From NCBI RefSeq assembly GCF_001564455.1, contig NZ_CP011391.1:1320001-1352000 (forward strand): a DNA stretch of 32,000 nt. Direction: 5' to 3'. Position numbers and translations under genes: made by a program. The notes under the pieces were generated by a model. That model made no database searches. It was given only the letters and a program-made list of their open reading frames with translations, and was not told the DNA's origin. The stretch is from Faecalibaculum rodentium (GTDB lineage Bacteria > Bacillota_I > Bacilli_A > Erysipelotrichales > Erysipelotrichaceae). Positions within the stretch are counted from its first letter, which is position 1; every line of letters begins with the position of its first letter. Of this stretch, positions 26,273-32,000 are shown one piece after another.

Positions 26273-26734
26273 ATGAACCAGTCACAGTACGAAGCTCTGG
26301 AAGAGCAGATCCTCGACGCCTTTGCAGCCCTCTCCCATCCCGTACTCCGGCGGGAAGCCCTGCGCCACACGATGCGCGTCATCGACATGATTTCCCTGCT
26401 GCACACAGACACGCCCCTCTGGGACAGACGAACTGCTGCTCTTTTGCATGACACCGGGAAATACCTGAAAAACAGCCCGCAGCATGCCAGGACATCCGCC
26501 ATTCTCTGCGAACAGCTGCTGCCGGAAGAATCCGGGATCGCCGAAGCCATTCTGCATCACAGTGAAAAGGACCGCATCCATTCTCCCCTTGCAGAGGACC
26601 TCAAGGACGCAGATGTCCTGGCGAGGTGGCTGGATGACCCGAACCGGTATCAGCATCCCAGGCTGGTAACTGCCCGAAACCGCCTGCGTGCAGCCACCAT
26701 CGACAGCAGGAGCACAGAAAAACAAACAGACTGA
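26273..26734 (+). CDS. Small HD-domain phosphohydrolase-like protein
   Basis: 153 aa from the ATG at 26273 (MNQSQYE...). The track start at 26222 lies inside the csp terminator. H...HD motif (RHTMRV...ALLHDTGK). Confidence 0.7.
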   Translation: MNQSQYEALEEQILDAFAALSHPVLRREALRHTMRVIDMISLLHTDTPLWDRRTAALLHDTGKYLKNSPQHARTSAILCEQLLPEESGIAEAILHHSEKDRIHSPLAEDLKDADVLARWLDDPNRYQHPRLVTARNRLRAATIDSRSTEKQTD

Positions 26735-26760
26735 AGCACGGCGCCTCAGTCTGTTTTTCT
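26724..26760. terminator. Rho-independent terminator of the HD gene and probable IIC intron target hairpin
   Basis: AAA-CAGACTGA ... TCAGTCTG-TTTTTCT. The stem includes the TGA stop. An A-run upstream makes it potentially bidirectional. Confidence 0.7.
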
Positions 26761-27295
26761 GGTGTGCCCGGCATGGCATACATCTAGGTGGTGAAAGTCC
26801 ACTATGGGAGCGTATCATCGCAACCGCTAACCATTAGCCTAAGGCAAGGGGCTCTCTGGTAACAGGAGTTCTGAAAGAAGCCCGACGGCAAAGTCCCGGC
26901 CTGAGGAACACGAATCGCATATAAGGCCACAGATGGAGACGAGCGTGCCAGACAGCGCAAATCGTAATAGTTGCGGATGACTGTCTGTGGTAGATGCGGC
27001 AGGTGTATGGAATGAAAGATGTATGACCTTACCCGGGGAGGTCCTGCCAGCGAGAGGAATCATCAAACCATGATGACCCCCTTCCCGCAGTAACAACGAA
27101 TGGCAGGAAGTCAGCCGAGGCCATAGTAGCGAGGAAGTCCCTGTAATGGGGATGGAGTGAAGGGCCGAACGTACGTTTTACTGCAAATATCAGGAATGCG
27201 TCCTGCACGAAAAGCCGAGGAAGGACAAACCCAGAGAGCCCCTGAAGATGAGTAAGGAAGGGCAGTGCGGGAACACGTGAAAGAGAGGAGCAGCC

Positions 27296-28645
27296 ATGAA
27301 CCAGACCAGACTGATACAGCCGGAAGACCTGAGTACTCAGGAAATCTTCTCCATGGAGAACCTGCTCAATGCGTGCAGACAGGTACGGCGAAACAACGGA
27401 GCCGCAGGAGTGGATGGGGTCAAAGCCAGAGAACTCCCAGCGTGCCCCTGTCAGTACTGGGAACAGCTGCGGGAACAGATACTGGACCGCAGCTATAAAC
27501 CGCTGCCAGCCAAAAGGACCGATATCCCGAAACCGGATGGGAGCATGCGGGGGCTCAATGTCCCGGCTGCCAGAGACAGAGTCGTGCAGGCCTGTCTGGC
27601 AAACTATCTGGATTACAGGAAGGACTTCGAGATGAGCAACAGCTCATACGGGTTCAGGAAGAACAGGAGATGTGAACAGGCGATACTGAAAGGCCTTGAG
27701 TTCATGAACGACGGGTATGACTGGATCGTCGACATCGACCTGAGGAAATTCTTCGATACGGTAGATCAGGACAGACTGATACGACTGATAGACAACCTGT
27801 TCCATAACAGGGACGTTACGTCGCTGACAAGGAAGTTCGTCAGAGCGGGAGTCATGATAGACGGCAGGCTGGTCAGGACAGAAAGAGGAATCCCACAGGG
27901 AGGACCTCTCTCGCCGGTACTGGCCAACATTTATCTGGACCAGGCCGACAAGGAACTGGAAAGCAGAGGGCTGAGATTCACAAGATACGCAGACGATATG
28001 CTCATCTATGTGAAATCGGAAGCCGCCGCCAACAGGGTGATGAAGTCATTCAGCAATTATCTGGAAAAGAAGCTGAAGCTGGAAGTGAACGCTTCAAAAT
28101 CGAAAGTGGCCAGACCGGATGAAGTGAAATATCTGGGGTTTGGCTTCAAAAGGAACAAAAGGGAATGGAAGGCAATACCGCATGAGAAGTCCATCCATGA
28201 GTTCGAACAGAAAATAATGAAGCTGACGAAGCGGAACTGGAGCGTATCCCTTGAAGAAAGGCTGGAGAAAATCAATCAGGTCATCAGGGGATGGAGCAAT
28301 TATTTCAGATGCGCATGGCTGTATAAAAAGAACATGCGGAAACTGGACAGCAAGCTCCGGAGAAGAATCAGGGCCATCATCTGGAAGCAGTGGAAAAGCA
28401 TCAGGAAAAAAGAAGAGAGCCTCATCAAACTGGGATGTCCCAGAGACAAGGCTCACTCATATGCGTGTGCACGACAAGGATGTGTCCGTTGTGCAGTCAC
28501 GTTCCTGAACAAGTATATCAGAAATATACACCTGAAGAAGAAAGGCCTCCTGACCATAGAGGAATACTTCGATACGGTGGCAGAAAGGTTCATGAAATCA
28601 TTTGTACGAACCGCCCAGTGCCGAACGGCACGCTGGGTGGTGTGA
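27296..28645 (+). CDS. Group II intron reverse transcriptase/maturase (no endonuclease domain)
   Basis: 449 aa. RT blocks PAARDRVVQ, YGFRKNRRCEQA, DIDLRKFFDTVDQ, GIPQGGPLSPVLANIYL, RYADDMLIY, SKSKV and KYLGF. Maturase X/GIIM motif IRGWSNYF. GAGAGGAG RBS. Confidence 0.95.
   Translation: MNQTRLIQPEDLSTQEIFSMENLLNACRQVRRNNGAAGVDGVKARELPACPCQYWEQLREQILDRSYKPLPAKRTDIPKPDGSMRGLNVPAARDRVVQACLANYLDYRKDFEMSNSSYGFRKNRRCEQAILKGLEFMNDGYDWIVDIDLRKFFDTVDQDRLIRLIDNLFHNRDVTSLTRKFVRAGVMIDGRLVRTERGIPQGGPLSPVLANIYLDQADKELESRGLRFTRYADDMLIYVKSEAAANRVMKSFSNYLEKKLKLEVNASKSKVARPDEVKYLGFGFKRNKREWKAIPHEKSIHEFEQKIMKLTKRNWSVSLEERLEKINQVIRGWSNYFRCAWLYKKNMRKLDSKLRRRIRAIIWKQWKSIRKKEESLIKLGCPRDKAHSYACARQGCVRCAVTFLNKYIRNIHLKKKGLLTIEEYFDTVAERFMKSFVRTAQCRTARWVV
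28608..28644 (+). ncRNA. Group II intron domain V (catalytic hairpin)
   Basis: GAACCGCCCAGTGCC-GAAC-GGCAC-GC-TGGGTGGTGTG. It has a CGC catalytic triad (IIC type), a 2-nt bulge on the 3' strand, and overlaps the end of the RT ORF. Confidence 0.65.
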
Positions 28646-28673
28646 GAGGGTCTGATGACACCTACTCGATCGT

Positions 28674-29795
28674 TCATTCTTTCGCTGAGCTGTCTTCTTC
28701 CGGGACCTGCGTGACCTGGGTCCCCTGGTCCTGGCCGGTGATGCCGAAGGGCTGATAGTGCAGCTCCACTTTGTCGTCCAGCTTTCTGCGCAGCTGTTCG
28801 AATGCTTTCAGGAACTTCGTGCGGTCATACACGATCCAGTCAATGTAGGAATAGCTCTTGCCCATGGCACCGCCCACGACCTGGCCGGCATGCAGCTCGG
28901 ACATCGTTTTGTCGAGCTGACGGGAGAGTTCCTGACGGAGCAGTGCATCGTCTTTTCCGTTGAAGGGATTGGCGTAGTATATATAGCCATACTCCCCTTC
29001 CTTTGCTTTCAGGTCCAGCAGCACGTCACTGCCGGATCCCAGGGTCTCCTCGGCGAGCAGCGGATGGGTCGTGAAAATGATCTTCATGTCCTTGCGCAGG
29101 GAGTCATGGGCGAAGTCCTGGAACGGCTGGTAGACGGAGTAGATCTCCAGGGGCGACTTGTAGGTCTTCCAGTGATCCCGCTCCACGACCGTCATGATGG
29201 CTTCGTAGAAATCCACCAGGCCGCAGAAGTCCACGGCTTCCTTCGGGGGCTCGTTTACAAAATCCACGCTGCCGATATACGCTTCGTAGAGCGTCTGGCC
29301 GATGGCGAGCTCCAGCAGGTACATGGACATTTCTTTTTTGTTTTCCTCATTGTCGATCAGGCTGTATCCCGGGCAGTAGACCCGGGTCTGGAAGGTCTGA
29401 GCCTTCTGGTCCACGGTGTAAAACACATGGAAGTCCATCAGGGTATAGACATGGTCCCGGATCTGGACCTGCGCCTCGACGGCTTTCTGCGACAGGGGCA
29501 TCAGGACGGGGTTCACGATCCATTTTTTCAGGATCTCTGCCGGACACAGGTCCGTGAAATACCGTGCCAGATACTGCGAGGTCTTGTTGGGGCCTGGATC
29601 GAAGGTCATTTCAAACTGATCGGCGGCATCTTCGACGAAGAACCCGCAACCGGTCAGGTTCATGGCAATTTCCTGCAAGGGTTCCAGGGCTCTGACCAGC
29701 CCGGGATAGTCCCTGGATGTCAGCGCCTGTTCGATCTCCGGCTGTCTGGAAGAAAAGTGTTCCCAGAAATTCTGTGCATTTTCATATACGCTCAT
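28674..29795 (-). CDS. Hypothetical 373-aa protein, last gene of the suf-linked operon
   Basis: Clean ORF whose ATG overlaps the upstream stop (ATGA). No signal peptide or TM helix. The C-terminus faintly resembles DUF695-like alpha/beta domains, but that is not verifiable here. Confidence 0.7.
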   Translation of the reverse strand: MSVYENAQNFWEHFSSRQPEIEQALTSRDYPGLVRALEPLQEIAMNLTGCGFFVEDAADQFEMTFDPGPNKTSQYLARYFTDLCPAEILKKWIVNPVLMPLSQKAVEAQVQIRDHVYTLMDFHVFYTVDQKAQTFQTRVYCPGYSLIDNEENKKEMSMYLLELAIGQTLYEAYIGSVDFVNEPPKEAVDFCGLVDFYEAIMTVVERDHWKTYKSPLEIYSVYQPFQDFAHDSLRKDMKIIFTTHPLLAEETLGSGSDVLLDLKAKEGEYGYIYYANPFNGKDDALLRQELSRQLDKTMSELHAGQVVGGAMGKSYSYIDWIVYDRTKFLKAFEQLRRKLDDKVELHYQPFGITGQDQGTQVTQVPEEDSSAKE

Positions 29796-30481
29796 GTTTC
29801 TTCTCCCGATTCTGTCCGTGTTCCCGTCGCCTGCAGGTGATTCGCGTTCTCCTGCGCACCCTCTGCAGTCCGGCGGATGTCTGTTTCATTATAGTCACCC
29901 GTCGGGATGCCTGCGTCGGTGATGACCATATCCATGTCCACATCCCAGGCCGAGACCGGAAACCGGGCTGCCTGTTCCCGGAAGGCAATGCCAATCTTCA
30001 GCGCCTTTGTCCGGGGCAGAAACCGGTCATAGTATCCGCCGCCATACCCCAGACGATGCAGGCCGTCAAAAGCCACCATCGGAACAAGGATCACGTCGAT
30101 GTCCTCCGGTTCGACAAACTTTGCTGTGTCCGGATCCGGTTCCATGATTCCGTATGGTCCCTGCCGCAGCCTGCCGGTCCCGAAGCGCAGGGAGTGATTG
30201 ACCGGATTGGTCAGGGGAAGAAGCCAGTCATCCTGCAGGATATCTGCCTCCTGTCCGATGGCGTGGTAGGCCGCCACGGTTTTTCCCTTCACAAAAGGAG
30301 CAAGCCGTCTGAGGATGGCCTGCTCCTTTTCCCTGCGGCCGGTGATTGACTGCCGCTTTCCAGTCATCTCCCGGCGAATCTGCTTCCTCAGGGCCTGTCT
30401 CTCGGTTTCAGAGTGCGCCAGGTCACTCCCGGCAGCAGAGCCGGGACGGCTCTCGTCAGTGTATGACCGCTTTGTCTTCAT
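29792..30481 (-). CDS. 5-formyltetrahydrofolate cyclo-ligase
   Basis: 229 aa. LRKQIR... N-terminal motif, VAAYHAIGQEADI, and the diagnostic LGYGGGYYDRFL. There is an N-terminal extension of about 25 aa rich in Ser/Glu/Arg. Confidence 0.85.
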   Translation of the reverse strand: MKTKRSYTDESRPGSAAGSDLAHSETERQALRKQIRREMTGKRQSITGRREKEQAILRRLAPFVKGKTVAAYHAIGQEADILQDDWLLPLTNPVNHSLRFGTGRLRQGPYGIMEPDPDTAKFVEPEDIDVILVPMVAFDGLHRLGYGGGYYDRFLPRTKALKIGIAFREQAARFPVSAWDVDMDMVITDAGIPTGDYNETDIRRTAEGAQENANHLQATGTRTESGEET

Positions 30482-30487
30482 GACGGA

Positions 30488-31885
30488 TCAGCCGATCGCT
30501 TCGCTCATGTCCAGCTTCAGCAGCTGGTTGAGCTCGACAGCGTATTCCATGGGAAGTTCTCTGGTGAAGGGTTCCAGGAAGCCCATGACGATCATCTCTG
30601 TGGCCTGGGATTTCGTCAGTCCACGGCTCATGAGATAGAACAGCTGCTCCTCCGAAATGCTGGAGACCGTCGCCTCGTGTTCGATCTGGCTCGTGGGATT
30701 CATCTGCCGGTTCAGCGGGATGGTGTCGGATTTCGATACCTTGTCGAGGATCAGCGTGTCGCACTCCACCTTGCTCTTGGCGTAGTCTGCATTCTTCGAA
30801 TGTACGACCCAGCCGCGGTAGTTCACGATGCCGCCGGTGCGGGCAACGGATTTTGACACAATGCTGCTCGTGGTATGCGGTGCGTTGTGGATCATCTTCG
30901 CCCCCGTGTCCTGGTACTGTCCACGGCTGCCGACGGCGATCGAAATCGTGGTCCCCTTCGCATACTCGCCAGCCAGGATGCAGGCCGGATACTTCATGTT
31001 GATGCCGGATCCGACGTTGCCGTCGATCCATTCCATGTGGCCATAGGCATCCACCTTCGCCCGTTTGGTCACGAGGTTGATGATGTTGTCGGACCAGTTC
31101 TGGACCGTGGAATACCGGCATTTGGCGTGTTCGTGGACAAAGATCTCGACAACCGCCGCATGCAGGGAATCCGAGGAGTAGATCGGAGCGGTGCACCCCT
31201 CCACGTAGTGGACATCGGCGCCTTCGTCGACAATGATGAGCGTGCGTTCGAACTGCCCCATGTTCATGGAGTTGATCCGGAAGTAGGACTGCAGCGGCTT
31301 GTCGAGCTGGACGCCTTTGGGGACATAGATGAAGGATCCGCCGGACCACACAGCGGTGTTCAGGGCCGCATACTTGTTGTCGGCGTAGGAGACGAGTTTT
31401 CCGAAATATTTCCGCACCAGATCGGGATGTTCCCGCAGGGCAGTGTCTGTATCCAGGAAAATGACACCCTTTTCCTCCACTTCCTCCAGCATGTTGTGAT
31501 AGACGACCTCGGATTCATACTGCGTGGAGACACCCGCAAGGAACTTCTGTTCCGCTTCCGGGATGCCCAGCCTGTCGAAGGTTTCCCGGATGGTTTCCGG
31601 TACGTCTTCCCAGTCGCTGCTCTGCCTGTCGGAGGGCTTGATGTAGTAGGTGAATTCGTCAAAATCGATGTCATTGAGGTTCGGGCCCCAGGTGGGGTTC
31701 GGGAGTTCCCGGAACTTGTGGTAGGCCTTTAAGCGCAGATCCAGCATCCACTCCGGTTCGTGTTTCATGGCCGAAATGTCCCGGATCGTCTGTTCGGTCA
31801 GGCCCTTGCCGGTGTTGTAGACCGTTACATCCTCGTCATGGAAGCCGTATTTGTACTCTGAACCCGGCAGGTTTGCATCACTCAT
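30488..31885 (-). CDS. sufB: Fe-S cluster assembly protein SufB
   Basis: 465 aa from the ATG at 31885 (AAGGAGG 9 nt upstream); the track start at 31975 is rejected. Typical SufB N-terminus EYKYGFHD and a C-terminal beta-helix region. Confidence 0.95.
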   Translation of the reverse strand: MSDANLPGSEYKYGFHDEDVTVYNTGKGLTEQTIRDISAMKHEPEWMLDLRLKAYHKFRELPNPTWGPNLNDIDFDEFTYYIKPSDRQSSDWEDVPETIRETFDRLGIPEAEQKFLAGVSTQYESEVVYHNMLEEVEEKGVIFLDTDTALREHPDLVRKYFGKLVSYADNKYAALNTAVWSGGSFIYVPKGVQLDKPLQSYFRINSMNMGQFERTLIIVDEGADVHYVEGCTAPIYSSDSLHAAVVEIFVHEHAKCRYSTVQNWSDNIINLVTKRAKVDAYGHMEWIDGNVGSGINMKYPACILAGEYAKGTTISIAVGSRGQYQDTGAKMIHNAPHTTSSIVSKSVARTGGIVNYRGWVVHSKNADYAKSKVECDTLILDKVSKSDTIPLNRQMNPTSQIEHEATVSSISEEQLFYLMSRGLTKSQATEMIVMGFLEPFTRELPMEYAVELNQLLKLDMSEAIG

Positions 31886-32000
31886 TGCCTGTGGCCTCCT
31901 TGTCCTTTGCCGGATCGCCCGGCTTTCTGTAGTCATCCAGGATTTCCTCCATGGCATTCCAGCCAATGGTGGCACACTTGATGCGGTTTGCCTGCTTTCC
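31878..32000 (-). CDS. sufU: SufU/IscU-like Fe-S scaffold, C-terminal fragment (truncated by the window edge)
   Basis: The in-frame minus-strand translation is [40 protein letters not shown]. It contains the conserved C-terminal Cys motif RIKCA. It overlaps the sufB start and fits the Bacillota order sufU-sufB. Confidence 0.7.
   Translation of the reverse strand, partial: GKQANRIKCATIGWNAMEEILDDYRKPGDPAKDKEATGNE

Larger units (their letters stand above)
26762..28665 (+). mobile_element. Bacterial class C (IIC) group II intron, apparently full length
   Basis: The 5' end GTGTGCCCGGCATGG fits the GUGYG consensus. From memory it matches the start of the Oceanobacillus iheyensis IIC intron. Features are about 530 nt of structured 5' RNA, an RT/maturase ORF in domain IV, and domain V at about 28608-28644. 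The short DVI ends ...CACCTAC. It begins 8 nt after a terminator stem. The 3' boundary is good to about 10 nt. Confidence 0.85.

Noticed and set aside
27296-28645. Reverse transcriptase as a retron, DGR or other defence-associated RT
   Set aside because: The ORF has the group II maturase X motif (RGWSNYF). It is embedded in recognisable intron RNA (GUGUG 5' end, domain V). I saw no msr/msd-like repeats, template/variable repeat pair or accessory effector genes.
782-31732. Many long ORFs antisense to or out of frame with called genes. Examples: 782-1687+, 1862-3031+, 3194-4339+, 8756-10078+, 10624-11679+, 13417-14541+, 14905-15918+, 20272-21876+, 22115-23377+, 24440-25735+, 28758-29840+, 30456-31349-, 30875-31732+.
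   Set aside because: Each overlaps a gene with strong family motifs on the other strand or in another frame. Their translations are low-complexity (rich in Arg, His, Gly, Pro, Gln) with no domain signatures, which is expected from stop-codon depletion in GC-rich sequence.

Overview
This 32 kb window looks like a chromosomal segment of a GC-rich Bacillota (Firmicutes) genome. The lineage call rests only on synteny and protein motifs, possibly an Erysipelotrichia-like organism, and is low confidence. Most genes are on the minus strand. They are mainly housekeeping genes in familiar arrangements: engB-lon, tig, uvrC, mutS2 divergent from rnhC, comEB-rluD-lspA, and sufU-sufB. There is one tRNA-Arg(UCU), a cold-shock gene behind a consensus sigma-A promoter, a TPM/LemA membrane module and an NfeD/SPFH module.

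The one clear mobile element is an apparently intact bacterial class C (IIC) group II intron at about 26762-28665. It carries an RT/maturase ORF and sits just after the rho-independent terminator of a small HD-domain gene, which is the typical IIC target.

I did not find a coherent new multi-gene system. There is no CRISPR array, and I saw no nuclease, ATPase, TIR or toxin-antitoxin hallmarks and no integrase. The observations most worth a second look are:
- a membrane-anchored VanY/LdcB-like protein in which all metal-ligand and catalytic residues are substituted;
- a TPM protein with a Big_2-like domain on the predicted cytoplasmic side, followed by an untracked 50-codon membrane sORF and lemA;
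- two repeat proteins with no signal peptide, one all-LRR and one Flg_new-type, the latter coupled to a DUF3781-ACT fusion;
- a duplicated terminator-like element;
- the intron separating a convergent suf-linked operon from what was probably a shared terminator.

The many long ORFs antisense to these genes are GC-driven shadow ORFs and are rejected.
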